A stretch of 64,000 nucleotides of DNA from assembly GCA_001244265.2 (NCBI GenBank), contig CDLV01000007.1:1798001-1862000 (forward strand), read 5' to 3'. Of this stretch, positions 50,601 through 64,000 are shown piece by piece. The translations under genes and the position numbers were made by a program. Position 1 is the first letter of the stretch; every line of letters begins with the position of its first letter. The notes under the pieces are model-generated. The model did no database searches and was not told the DNA's origin. It worked only from the letters and a program-made list of their open reading frames with translations. This DNA comes from Microbotryum violaceum (lineage: Eukaryota).

Positions 50601-53600
50601 GTGCGACTTGTCCCCCGCCTTGAGCTTCAGCTTGTAATTTGAGGTTTCGGGTCGTGCTGCTAGGACTTCGTAGGGGCCGTCAAACCGGGGAAAGAGTTTG
50701 GCTGACCGTGCTTCCCCATCGGCCTTGTACCGCAGTCGTCAATCCCGCGAGTCGACTAAGACCATGTCGCCAACTGCAAACCCGGGCTCCGGTTTCCTCG
50801 CCTTGTTGCTCTGGTTGGCCTGTCGGATCTTTGCAATTGCCAAATTGTCTCGGGCTTCCGCAACCGCTGCTTCACGTTGTTCCACGATGGATTTGACTGC
50901 CTGTGACGTGGTTGAGCCCCCACTGGGGTGATCGGTGTCAGCTCCGGCGTGAACCCAAGTACCACTTCAAATGGCGTCTTCCCCGTCGACCTGTTCATAC
51001 TGGAGTTGATCACAAACTCCACCGTAGCCAAGTGCTTTGACCAGTCATTTTGCCGTCGGTTGACCATTGTTCGCAGGACTTGGATCACGGTCCGATTTGT
51101 TCGCTCGCTTTGGCCATCCGTTTGTGGGTGGAAAGACGTCGATGTTGCCAGTTTCGTTCCCAGCTGGCCCATGTACGCTCGCCAGAACTCGCTTGTGAAG
51201 AGCTTGTCGCGGTCGGAGACCAGCACTCGTGGCATGCCGAAGTGTCGATGCCACCCCTCAAAGAACCGGTCCGCCGTGGTAGTCGCGTCGTCCGTCGTGC
51301 GGCAGGGGATGAGGCAAACGTAGCCTGAAAGGCGATCTGTTACCGTAAGCAGTGCGTCATTACCATTGCTAGGTACAAGTGGCCCGACAAAGTCTAGGCC
51401 AACTTCCCGCATTGGCCGGTCAGGCACATTCAAATTGTGGATCCGACCGGCAAAACCGGTGCCATGCATCTTCATTGTCTGACAAGCAGCACAGGACTCA
51501 ACGTAATCTTTGCATGCATCCTTCATTCCCGACCAGATAAAGTTGCGGCGTAGGTGTTCATACGTCTTGTGTAGTCCAAAATGGCCTGCGGCATCATGCG
51601 CGTCATGTAGCGCGTCCTCCCAAAAGTTCCCCGTCTTTGGCAGGAGGATCCGTCCTTCGAACCGTGCGATTCCATTGTCGACTGAGTAGCCTGGTGTTGA
51701 GTCAATGTTCTTGATAGCTTGTTGACATTGCGGGTCCTTGCGGTAACCGTCCCTGAGTTTGCAAAGGAAGGCAGGATCGAGAGTTGCCTCTGCCAGCACG
51801 TTGACATTGTCGCTCGCCTGGCGGCCGGCTGTGGGTTCCTCCGGGAAAGAGTAACGACTCAATGCATCAGCCACTGTGTTCTCTGGACCTCGTACATATA
51901 CAATCTCGAAGTCGTAATCGGCCAGTCGTTTGGTCCATCGAGCTTGTCGTCGTGAAAGGCTTGGTTGCTTCATGAAGCCCGCCAAGGAGTGGTGGTCTGT
52001 GAGGATCTTGAATCGAACACCCAAAAGGTCCGCCCGCCAGTGATGAAGGGCGTCCACAATTGCAAGCAATTCCATCTCGTGGGCTGCATAGTTGCCTTCC
52101 GCTGGGTTGTACTGTCGTGACCAATAGCCTGCCGGCATGGCCGTCTGCCATTGCTTTCCTTGACTGAGTGCCGCCCCGATTCCCCAATTGCTCGCGTCCG
52201 TCATCAGCCATAATGGGTCGCCCTTGTCGGAATGGTCAATGGGATGTAGAGAAGGAAGGTTGCCCACCAAGGACTTGATTGCCTCAAACGCCTTGTCGTG
52301 CTCTCCCGTCCAGCCTTCGTCGACATGCACCCCTTTCCGTGTCAGCGGGACTAAAACCGCCGTCAAATCCGCAAGCTTGTCGATGAACTTCCGCAGATAC
52401 TGCACCAGACCTAGGAATCCCCGCAATTGCTTCACCGTCCTTGGTCGCGGCCACTGTTGGATCCGCTCCACCTTGTCAGGATCGACCTTGATGCCTTCCC
52501 GAGTGATCTGGTGGCCGAGGAAAAAGCACTCGGCAGCAAACAGTTCCGTCTTCTTCGGCGATACGTACAGATCCGCCCGTCTCAGCGCCTCCAGGACTAG
52601 TCGCACCCGTCGTTCATGTTCCTCCAAGGTGTCGGCAAAGATTGTGATGTCATCGAGGTACACGAAACACACGCTCCCGATAAGGTCTCCGAGTGCCTCG
52701 TTGACTCGGCGCTGATGCGTTGCCGGGGCGTTGCAGAGTCCCATTGGCATTACCGTCCACTCGTACAATCCCCACGGTGTCACAATCGCCGTCTTCCGGA
52801 TGTCTTCCTCGGCCATCTTGGTTTGGAAGAAGGAGTTTGTCATGTCGATCTTCCCCCAGAATCGCGCGTTTGAGCAGACCGACAGAATCTCGTCCGGAAG
52901 TGGTAGAGGTGTGCGATCTCGGACCGTCCCTTCGTTGAGTACTCGGTAGTCACAGACCATGCGTGGTTGGATTGACGGGTCCTTATCCATACCTTTCTTT
53001 GGGATGACAAACGCCGGGGACGCAAACTCTGATGACGACTTTCGAAGGCGGCCATTGGCGACGTGCTGATCAATCAGGCGCTTCCAGGCTTCCCGGTAAC
53101 GGTGTGCCGCTCGATAACCCTTCAAGTTCGGTTTTGTTGCTCCGTCCTTCAGCTCGATTCGGTGTCGGACCGGTGATTCATACGTCGAAACCGGAGGAAT
53201 ATCCCCGGGAACCGATCCGCGAACTCGACCCGTAGCTTTGCCTCCCGCCGTCGCAACTCCGTCAACTCCGTTTCCCTTTGCTGGACCCCATCGATGTAGG
53301 CAATCACTGCACGCCAGTTGATCCGAGCTTTATCGCTTCGTTTGGCATTCCTCGCCGCGGCTCGCTGGGGTGGGGTCCGAAGACCGGCGCAAGAAGGTCG
53401 ATCTTTACGTCAGGCATGGTCGGATGTGGCACCAGGATCTTGTGTGCCGCGAAGTCGATGGTAACCTTGTGTTTTACAAGGAAGTTGAACCCCAGTACCA
53501 CTTCCAAGGGCTCCTGCAGTTTAGCCACCTTCAGAATCGTGTGTCCCGCTTCCCATGCGCCATTCTCGAGCGTGATCGGAATCTTTACAAACGAGGTAAC

Positions 53601-55752
53601 ATGAAACGCGCGTGCTTGGCCTTTGATTGCAGTTTTGACCAATGTAGGAACAAGGAGACGATGCATGACTAACCCCAGTTTCTCAACCACCTTATCTGCG
53701 ATAAAGGAGGAAGAGGCCCCAGAGTCAGCAAGTGCCTGCAACGTCTTTGACTTCGTGTTGTTGTGCAGAGTGATGGGAATGGTGGAGATGAACTGAGGGG
53801 CGTACTCGTTTTCTTCGTCCGTTGAGATGTCGTCTTCTGAGTTTTCCACAATTTGATGGAGGGTGTCGTTCTTAGCCGCTTTCGCCGTCTTCTTTTCGAA
53901 TTCGGCCCACCCCTCCGGGACATCCGGTGCCTGCTGCCAGTTGGCTGTACAGTCGCTCGCGCGGTGATCCGTGTTGATGCGTCTGCAGCTAAAGCATCCC
54001 TCCTTCTCCGAGAGATAATCCTTCATCGGGTCCGTGAGTCTCGTTGGCCTGCGTCGAGTGGTCGCCGAGGTCACGAAAGGTCGGCCAGAGCTGGTCTTTG
54101 GGCTCGTAGTCGAGGTTTGCGTTCGGGGAGTTGCTACAGGACGAACCGCTATGATCACATTCCATTGGGATCGTGCCAATCGCTCGAACACCTCGTAAGA
54201 TAATGTCTTGAGCTTGGGGAGCGCCGCCTTTGAAGCCGCCACGTAGTCTAAATCATCTTGGTGTAGGCCAGTACCCAACAGAAGGTCGTTCTGTCGTAGA
54301 ACAACGCTCAATTGAGGGTCCATGTTGAACAGTAGGATCTTGATGAACTCGATGTCGCTGAGGGCGGTCTGGCCGAGCTGCAGCTGTGAGGCCTGAAGTC
54401 CCGAAGCCCACGTCGCGTAGTCGTGGTTGCCTTGGTGGCTGTGGCGAATACGCTGCTCTGTCGTGAAGGCGAAATCCAAGGGTAGTGCCTTGCGGATGAA
54501 GGCGACCTTAAGCTTGTCCCACGTGCGTTCCTCCGTCGCCGTCACCAGCCAATCCTTGAGCGCCTCGTGTTCAATGTGGTTGGCGATGAACATTATCTTT
54601 AGTCGCATGTTCTTCACTTGGTACTGGAAGAACATGTTGTCCATGTCGTTGAGGAATGCGCGGATCGAGGAGAGAGTGAGTTTTGTGCCGTTCGCAAGCT
54701 TGGACACGCTGAGCTTCATGCCCCTTGGCATCGTTGCAACCTCCTGTTCATCGTCCAAGCTGTCCTCCCTTTCCTCTGGTGCCAATGGTGGCGCTGGTTG
54801 AGCGGTGGAGTTCTTGCCACGCGCCATGTTCGTCTGTTACCGTTCGTTGTTGTTTGTTCGTTCCGTGGGTGTGTCGCTGGCGCACGTGGCAGTGTGCGTC
54901 TTTGACCGGTGTTAAAAAAAAAAGTGTAATACACCCCGTTGGAGTGTACACCTGAGCGACGACGACAAGGATCACAGGACCAAAGTATGTAGAATTGACA
55001 CTGGACACTTGTATCAGTCGCTGGTATGACAATGCCTTCTGATCCACCTTGTGCTCACCTGGACACTCATATCAGTCGCTGGAGAGAGACTAAGAGTGCC
55101 CAGGCGCGCGTCCCCTCTTCCTAAGGCCCAGGCGCACGGGCCTTACACCTATGCATCAATGCTCGCTGGCGGCGTTATCTCCTGGAAGTCGAAGCAACAA
55201 TCTATGATTGCTACATCCACTACCAAAGCCGAAATCCTCTCTGCATCCTCAGCCACTCGTGAAGCAATCTGGCTCCGTCGTTTGGCTGGTGATGTCGGCA
55301 TTCCACAAGCACAGCCTACTATCATTCAAGAGGACAACGCCGCATGCATCCAGATCGCCAAGGATCCGGTCGATCACTTGCAAACCAAGCACTTCGACAT
55401 TGCTCATTTGTTTGTTCGAGAATGGGTTGCTTCTGGCGAGGTCGAACTTGAATACTGCCCTACCCACGTCAATGCTGCGGATATTATGACGAAGCCTTTG
55501 GGATTTCAACGCTTTGATCAACTTCATGCGCTACTTGGAATGGTCTTGTTAGTCTCTTTGACCAGTGGGAGTGTTAGAAGTGGGGTCTGAGAGCCTAACT
55601 CATTGCTATTAGTCTTGGTTATTCTGCGCGTGCGCCTATCTTTGTCTTTGCGTCTTTTTTACTTCTGGGTTCCTTCTCCACGCTATTCTCATCATCTCAC
55701 TTGTGTATCTCGGAGCTGAGTCATGGAGTACCTCTTAGTCCTTGTTGCAACA
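47658..55752 (+). mobile_element. Ty1/copia element (LTRs 47658-47923 and 55572-55752), degenerate, RT missing, interrupted by a gypsy element
   Basis: PBS GGTTATGAGC after the 5' LTR; gag with CSRCKALGHERG; protease WIIDSG; integrase HRKLGH..CFSCIQAK..EQNGQVER; RNase H ISWKSKQQ..AADIMTKPL; PPT AGTGGGAG. Flanks ATTGA/GATCG do not match. Confidence 0.93.
50045..55147 (-). mobile_element. Near full-length Ty3/gypsy chromovirus (223-bp LTRs 50045-50267 and 54925-55147)
   Basis: The LTRs differ at one position that I could see. gag-PR ORF 53304-54827 (CFSC..HRASDC, ALADSGA); RT-RH-IN ORF 50756-53125 (VYLDD, MTDAS, VSDRD); chromodomain 50241-50552. A T-rich tract replaces a tRNA PBS. Flanks TCTTG/CCTAT do not match. 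Confidence 0.96.
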
Positions 55753-56266
55753 GATCGGATGTTGAACGTCAACACGGTGAGAGACTCAATCATGATTAAA
55801 TCAGATCAGCGCTGCCCCTTTCAAATTCCGGCACCTCGGACCTGTAACCCCCGGAACTGTTGCCCCCTGAGTCGTCACCCCCTGATGCACCGTGGATCAT
55901 GGCGGATCCCGCCCGGGTGACACGTCGGTTGCCGGGTGCCAAGCTCGAACGAAGGCGTCGAGGACTCGTCGAGGTCGTGGTTGCCGATGTTCCCGACGTG
56001 CCACCGGACAAAGGCGAAGACGAAGTCGAAGTCAAAATCAGGCTCGATGTTGAGGTTGAGGTTGAGGTTGAAGGCGGAGACGGCGCTGATCCCGTAGCCG
56101 TCGGCGAGGGTGAGGGCGGCGTCATAGACGAAGTCGAAGTCAAAACCGGGCTCGCAATGGGCGCCGCCGCCGTTGTCTGTGTCCTGTTCTCTGACCCAGC
56201 GGTGGCGTTTGTTGAGGTGGCGTCGCCCTCCGGTTTGGTGGAAGCGACCAATGCGCCGTCAATATT

Positions 56267-56423
56267 TGTTGGAATCAACAATGATCCCAAAAATGATCAA
56301 CAAAAGAATAAGGACAGCTGGACCAGGAGTCGAACCTGGGTCGCCTCCATTAATTGGAAAAGCTTTGACCACTAAGCTATCCGGCCCCTGATATCAGTGC
56401 AAGGTCTACTAACACCTTCAACA
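56267..56423 (-). mobile_element. 157-bp solo LTR containing a tRNA-like sequence (Helenus-type TRIM LTR)
   Basis: TGTTG...CAACA termini; 5-bp TSD ATATT at 56262-56266 and 56424-56428. Confidence 0.88.
56315..56386 (-). ncRNA. tRNA-like cloverleaf / Pol III A+B box promoter inside the LTR
   Basis: GGCCGGA-TA-GCTT-AGTGGTCA-AAGC-T-TTTCC-AATTAAT-GGAGG-CGAC-CCAGG-TTCGACT-CCTGG-TCCAGCT-G, followed by T-rich tracts. Confidence 0.8.
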
Positions 56424-57165
56424 ATATTGTCGTCCTCATCGGTATTGTTGGCGCTCGCTAGGTCAGTGGCAGGGTTAGTGCGGGGACCCAACTGGATCAT
56501 GTTGGTACCGGAGGCACGAGAGGTCAGAGGTGTAGGCCCGCCGTGCTTTCCGTTCTTTCCGGCAACTCGGAAACCGCCTGTCGGAGTCGGAGTCAAAGTC
56601 GAGGTGCGGGCCCCTGGAACAGGGGCAGAGGGGGCGGAGACCGATGTCAACGCTGGCTTCCTGCAGGTGCCCCATTTGTGGCCGGCGCGATTGCATAGGC
56701 CGCAGTAGTGCGTCTCGAATTCGTGTCGCAAGCCGAACTTGGTACCGAGGATTGCGATTTCGTGGGGCAACGCGGCGTTGAGTGCCGCCTTTTGCGTCTC
56801 GGCCAAATCTTGGAAGAGGTCAGCAGGTAAGCGGAAGTACACGCAGTGGTACCCATCTTCGGTCATGGCCATCGGATTGGTCGAATCGGTCGCGAGGCCC
56901 CGCTGTAATTGCATCAGGGTATAACCTTGCATACAACCAGCGCAACCGAGCGAAGCAGTGACTGCATCATCAAGAGATTTGCGGAGAACAGAGGCGGGAA
57001 TCGCCATGAACTGAGGAGGGAGGGTGAATCGCACCTGAACAATGCGGTCCAAAGGGGAGGTGCTCGGGAGCTCAGTGACCATCTCCTTTCCATGATAGCG
57101 GAAGGGACCCGCTGCAGCGGCTTCAAGACAGGCCTGGTCAGATTCGAAGACGAGCTCGGACACCG

Positions 57166-58848
<1,683 letters not shown>

Positions 58849-59131
58849 TTTTTTTTTTTTTTTGGGGGCTCATAAATTGCAATCCTTCGGGTTGGCTGGG
58901 ACCGCTACAAAAAGAGCTAAAGGAGGTTATAAAGCAACGACGGCAAGCAGTTGGGTAAAAGTCAAACCCCTGCGCGCAAAGAGCGCTGCGCAGATCAAAA
59001 CCCGCCGAGCACCTAACGCGGACTCCAACGGGCGGTGAGTACTGCTGCCGCTTCACGTCCCAAGAGCGGGAGCAAAGATACTCGAAAACCAGGCAAGAGC
59101 GCCTAGAGAAAGAAGGGGGAGAGTATACAGA
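58849..59131 (-). repeat. 5'-truncated family A LINE tail with poly(A)
   Basis: T15 followed by ~270 bp near-identical to 42672-42938. Confidence 0.9.
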
Positions 59132-59133
59132 CG

Positions 59134-59440
59134 TTTTTTTTTTTTGCAGAAACTGTTCATCATATTGCCCCCAATTCATGTTCCCCCTATTTGGCCTACG
59201 GAAAAAACTAGATGGAAGTCGACGATGATAACACAAACCGCCCGCAAGATGCGAGAAACGGGCCGGTGTCCACCAATCCGATACCTGGGATTCAAGTGCC
59301 CGAGCCAAGCGGTTGCTCCCCCCAGGAGACGAATGAGAGAGAGAAGAGAAAGAGTAACAAAATAATTGACTAACGACAAGAGACCCACCCGCCGTCACTT
59401 CCCAACTCGGTCGAGACAAAGACAAGAGAGCGACTGCGCA
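59134..59440 (-). repeat. Family B poly(A)-tailed 3' end, copy 2
   Basis: T12 followed by a match to 42187-42480. Confidence 0.88.
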
Positions 59441-59530
59441 GCTACCCTGACCCGAATCCCGAAACTTGCCCTACGGGCCTCATAGGGCAAAAGCTGCCGA
59501 CTGCCCTCCATATTTTTCGCGCGCGCATGT

Positions 59531-62157
59531 GTAGCCATCTTCGGTAATCACTTGAGTTAAGTGGCTGTGAGGGATTAGGCCGATTAGATATTGAAGGGGC
59601 GCAGGTTCAACTCCTCCATAGTGCGCGCTGTTTGTGGCGTTTGTTTTAGGATGGAAGAGTCGAGTTGCAGTGATAAGAGAAAAACCCGCACTCCGTAACA
59701 AACGGAAGGTTTTCTAAACAGGAGTTATGAACAAGTAGGGTGGGAGGGAGGAGCTCAAAAAAAATGGTCAATCGGCTTTGCTCAAAGAGCGCAGGTCCGA
59801 TTAGTAACTAAACACTGCAACTGACTTGGGGGATAGGGCATACCTTTGCTCGAAAAGCGCAGGGCGATGGCAGGGGAGGAAGGCGACGTGATAGGTAGAC
59901 ACGGCCAAACGAGGTCTGTATACAAGGTAGCTCCATGAGTCAACTTGCCCAACAAGGACAGTCGTGATCCGGAATGCGAACCTTAGCTAGAAACAGCGAG
60001 CCACGATAGAGCGAGTCTCGAAAAGTTTGCCCTTGCTCTAAGCAGTGGATGCGATACGACCTTGCAAAGCAGCGGGTATGGCGGCTGCTTACAACGTAGT
60101 GGCAGGCTAGCTCATCAGTCCAACTGTCCAACAAGGGCAGAGGGCTTACGAGGGATGTTACCCACTTTGGGTGAGTAGAGACTGGCAGGGGGGTGCCGGA
60201 ACCACAACACGAAATGCTGAGGCGTGCGGGAGGACGAGGGAGAGGGAGAGGAAGGGCCCGCGCGCGCCAGTGGGTGAGCAAGGCGGGAGGCCCAAGGGGG
60301 CCGAGAAGAGTGCGTGCTGGCACAGGGTCCAAAGAATGCGTGTTCGAAGAGTGGAGCGCAAGCGGGCCCCGTTGGGCCGAGACCAGCGCGCTTGAGCTGT
60401 CCACGTCAAAATCTTGCAGCAAAGGCCGAAAAGACTATCCATCTGTTCCGCTTCACTTTGGTCCGAGATTGGAGCATAGCACGACAACATCATCCCATGC
60501 AGGCCTACTATTTGAACGATGCCTTCGATTGATCATTGCCACTCACCAACATGAACATGATGATCGCCGAGCTCCTCGCCTTTGATGGCGCTCCCGCCGA
60601 CGCGTCTTTTCACATCGAGTTGTCCAAAGACGAGCTCACCCACTACTCGACCTTAGCATCTACTCGAGGCCGTTGAGAAAGCAAACAGCTTCTCACGACG
60701 ACCAATTGTGCGTCCACCAAGCTCAACTATCCAAATTTTGGTCTAAGCTAACGCGTGTTTGGTTCTACACAGCCCACACAATTGAAACTTCCGTCTCAAG
60801 TTGTCGATGCTCACGATACCAATCTCTCGCTGAACTGGCCAACCTGATTCAATTGCCCATCAAGGTGCTCATAAGTGTAGCCACCTCAAGCTGTTCTACT
60901 CAAGGGAGGCCGATGGAAGCGAGCGACCCAACTCGCGGAGAGGCAGGCGTAGGGGTTAGCAATACCAAGGAAGGACGCAGTACAGCACATTCATGCGTCT
61001 TGAAAGGGTTGGTACAGTCCATGGGACCATCTCGCTGCGAAGACATGGCAGGCACGACGAGGAGCTTTTGCTGGACTGGAGGTGACCAGATGGCCCAAGC
61101 ACTCACAACACACGAGGATCCAGAAGAATGTCTATACTGAGGATGGTCGCATTCAGGTGAGTTTTTGCTGAATTTAGGAGTGAAGGCAACTGGATCTAAT
61201 GTTTGGAGAAACAAGCAGACGGAGCACTAGCACAACGCTATCCTCATTTTGGATCGCTTGACGGCGGAGCTGTAACCACTACCACAACATCGGAGATCGG
61301 ATCTCTGGTCTGCTTTGGCCTCAAGCGTGGCATGCATTCACTCAGCTGCGATCAAACTGCCTATGGAGAAGAAGTGCTGTCCATTGGAATTGGTACGATG
61401 CCTTGAATGGCAGTTGAGCTGTGACGTTCTCACTTGACACAGGCCTTGTCTGCTACAGTGCGATACATCTACAGCAAAGTGACAACAGCGCGCTTGCGTC
61501 GTTGGTTGTACTTTCAAATATCGTCGTACAGGAGCTTCGCCTCATCAAGAAAGCTTGCTCTTCTATTCACCTCATTGATGGCACTATGCCGTTCCGCATG
61601 ATTGATGGTCGACAGGTCATCGAGTCCTTAGGCCCGCCAAAGATCACATATAGTTCAACCACGGACGTTACCTCACTTTACCCCGACGAGCGCATAATCA
61701 GCACGAGCGCACCATGCCGAGCAAAGATTTGCCTCGCTTCGGAGCGTGCCCGGCCTGCGAGATGCCGCCGGCAGAACCTCTACAAGCCGCAAATGCCACG
61801 GCGGATACAAAAAGCTCAAGTTCAGCAAACCGATTCTGACAATGAAGTAGCGAGCCTGCCAGCCAAGCAAGGAAGGCTTGTTTGATGCCTGGAGCCACGC
61901 GCGACACCAGCCGAAGCGACGCGCGCCGCAAGCCACTTTCGATGTTTCGATTGGCCACCGCGTGCCCGCAAACGCTCGGAACGCGTTTTTGAGGGCTTTT
62001 GAGCGATTTTTGGAGCATGTAGAATACATTTTGATACACAGTTTGATAATATTTCCGAGGTGCAGGTCAAATTTTGACATTTTGGGGCCAAAATAGGGTA
62101 AAAACTTTGACAAAAAGGCCGAAAAGGGCGTTTTCCCACATTGCTTTCGGGGGTCCT
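59531..62157. mobile_element. AGGACCCCC-TIR family copy 2 (inverted relative to copy 1); right TIR intact, adjacent left end missing
   Basis: 60445-62157 is the reverse complement of 3908-5630 and 59531-59608 is the reverse complement of ~5633-5709, with ~840 bp extra between them. It ends CTTTCGGGGGTCCT, followed by GGCGGAGG. Confidence 0.92.
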
Positions 62158-62279
62158 GGCGGAGGGACGAGGCGGGCCGGCTGCTACAGGCTACTACAGG
62201 GCCAGCGGGCGCTCATGCTCAGCTCGATCACCCGACTGCCGGCTCAACCGCTCCTCAACCCTAACCCCCTCAAAGCACG

Positions 62280-63336
62280 ATGGCCTCGTTCGTCAAATCC
62301 GGGAAAAAGATTGTCGCAATCGGACGCAACTATGTCCAGCACGCCAAAGAACTCGGCAACTCGGTGCCCAAGCGCGAACCCATCATGTTCCTCAAGCCGA
62401 CGTCGTCCTACACGACTCGCAATGAGGTACACCTGCCACGAGGGATCCTTGTTCATCATGAGGTCGAGCTTGGATTGGTCATGAAGGCTGGAAAGGACAT
62501 CACCCAAGAAAATGCCCTCGATCACATTGCTGGGTTCGTCCGGACGGCCGGTGGTGCGAGCTCATGAAGGGGGGGGACTGATGTCTCCGAACTGGGTTTC
62601 ATCGCCCCCAGGTATGCACTTGCTATCGACTATACCGGACGGAACATTCAAAACGAAGCTCAATCCAAAGGCCTCCCGTTCGTCCACGCTGTGCCAAACT
62701 CCTCGCCAAGAGATCCGAGGAATCTGATATTTAGTCGCCATCTCCGTCTACAGGTGGTCAGCGGCCAAGGGTTTCGACGATGCATGCCCCATCGGCGAAT
62801 TCATCCCCAAGTCAAAAATCAAGGACCCCCACGCCGTCAAGATCTGGCTAAAGGTGCGCGAGCATGTTTCCAGTCCATGTCTACGCAGAGTTACGCAGAA
62901 TTTACTGACCCGAGGAGCTGACTTTCCAGATCAACAGCGAAACAAAGCAATCGGATTCGACCGAGTTGATGATCTACAAGATTCCTCGGCTGATCGAGCA
63001 CTGCTCCAGCATTATGAGCTTCGAGGATGGGGACTTGCTTTTGACAGGTGAGTCGATCCCGAATTCTCGCAGCTCTCGGCGTCCGAAGTCTTCGAGCTGA
63101 TCTTGCCACGACATGTCACAGGAACACCCGCCGGAGTTGGACCAGTGAAAGAAGGCGATGAGATCGAAGCTGGTACGTCACAGGTACCGAATGAGTGCTG
63201 CAGACTTGTAGCTTATTCCGAGTCCCCGACCCTTCGACCTCCAGGCCTGGTACAGGACGGAGAGCTCGTTTCCTCCATCAAGCATCTCGTCCGGACCCGC
63301 AAGGGAGGGTACCTCTTCAAGCCAGAAACCAAGTAG
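62280..63336 (+). CDS. Fumarylacetoacetate hydrolase-family protein (FAHD1/Fmp41-like, multi-exon)
   Basis: KKIVAIGRNY..HAKELGN..FLKPTSSY, HHEVELG, WSAAKGFD, GDLLLT-GTPAGVGP. Confidence 0.93.
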
Positions 63337-63470
63337 ATAGACTGCTTCACCCTCTTAGAGAATTGTCAATAACGTTTGCAACGTAAGTCTCGATAAATTT
63401 GGATGTTCATAATGCAAATGGACCTCGGCCAGAAATCCTCCATGATCCATGAGGAAAATTATACACTTTT

Positions 63471-64000
63471 TTACAGCAAGTCCTTTGGCCGTTCACCTGT
63501 CGAATCTATCGACGATCTCCGATGCGCAAGTACGATGTCGTCCGCGGGTACTCTGATTGTCCGCCCATCGACCTCACTGACGACTTCGACCATCCCTTCG
63601 TTTGTCATGTGCGCTGACCGCGCCATGCCGTGGCCTAAAGGCTCGTCTGCGGACGTCGCCAAGTCGGCTTGAAGTCCTGGCGAGGCTGCCGGAGAGCTGA
63701 TGGAATCACGCGATGCTGCACGTGGTAGGGATGGTGGTCGACTAGTGGAGCTGGTCGGTGTCTTAGCGGTAACATCCTCTATCGGTGAGCTCGGAGAGGA
63801 TAAAGCGCCGAAGGCCGCGGACCCATCCTCGACAGTGTCCCGCCTCAGTAGTGCCCCTGGTCGAGGCGCGCCGAAAGTGGGTGCGATCGTAGCCGAGTTG
63901 GGCGCGTCGAGATCCGGATTGCCCGCCGCAGCATTTGATTCGACGCGTCGCCCTTCTTCACCAAAGTCGAAGTCGTCCAACGCGTCATCCATCGATGGCA
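63471..64000 (-). CDS. C-terminal part of an unidentified gene entering from the right edge
   Basis: Open frame through to the stop at 63471; low-complexity S/P-rich tail; no family recognised. Confidence 0.55.
   Translation of the reverse strand, partial: PSMDDALDDFDFGEEGRRVESNAAAGNPDLDAPNSATIAPTFGAPRPGALLRRDTVEDGSAAFGALSSPSSPIEDVTAKTPTSSTSRPPSLPRAASRDSISSPAASPGLQADLATSADEPLGHGMARSAHMTNEGMVEVVSEVDGRTIRVPADDIVLAHRRSSIDSTGERPKDLL

Larger units (their letters stand above)
55753..57163 (-). mobile_element. LINE ORF1 (CCHC knuckle) and first codons of the ORF2 endonuclease; interrupted by a solo LTR and cut by the copia
   Basis: CGLCNRAGHKWGTC. ORF1 rejoins in frame (DDNI-DGAL) once 56267-56428 is removed. 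ORF2 start MIESLTVLTFNIR at ~55792. Confidence 0.85.

Noticed and set aside
56315-56386. Functional ochre-suppressor tRNA (TTA at the anticodon position)
   Set aside because: It has A instead of U33, a weak G-U-rich anticodon stem and a C-A mismatch in the acceptor stem, and it sits inside an LTR.

Overview
Eukaryotic, intron-rich, GC-rich fungal DNA. It is most consistent with a Pucciniomycotina basidiomycete (Microbotryum-like); this is an inference from gene style, TE families and TCG>TTG hypermutation of repeats. Host genes: cohesin SCC3/STAG (left edge); a six-gene block at 19.2-30.5 kb (F-box, DUF3429/TMEM69, MYND-MSS51-like, MCP1/DUF1691, anthranilate synthase TRP2, small membrane protein); an FAH-family hydrolase and a partial gene at the right edge. 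The rest is decayed and nested transposons: an AGGACCCCC-TIR family with 8-bp TSDs, an AcademH-like element and its MITE, a CACTG (CACTA) element, a Helitron fragment, an inverted pair of DxxH-transposase elements, and a ~20-kb nest of L1/Tx1 LINEs, copia and chromoviral gypsy elements. Main observation: the 43-kb interval 19035-62157, which includes the six host genes, is bounded by inward-facing AGGACCCC(C)GAAA termini and an exact direct 8-bp duplication (GGCGGAGG), so it looks like a giant gene-carrying TIR macro-transposon. Also notable are a 157-bp solo LTR carrying a tRNA cloverleaf (Helenus-like), a LINE 3'UTR with a covarying stem, and several recombinant TE junctions. Protein family calls come from motif recognition by eye, not database searches, and exon boundaries are approximate.
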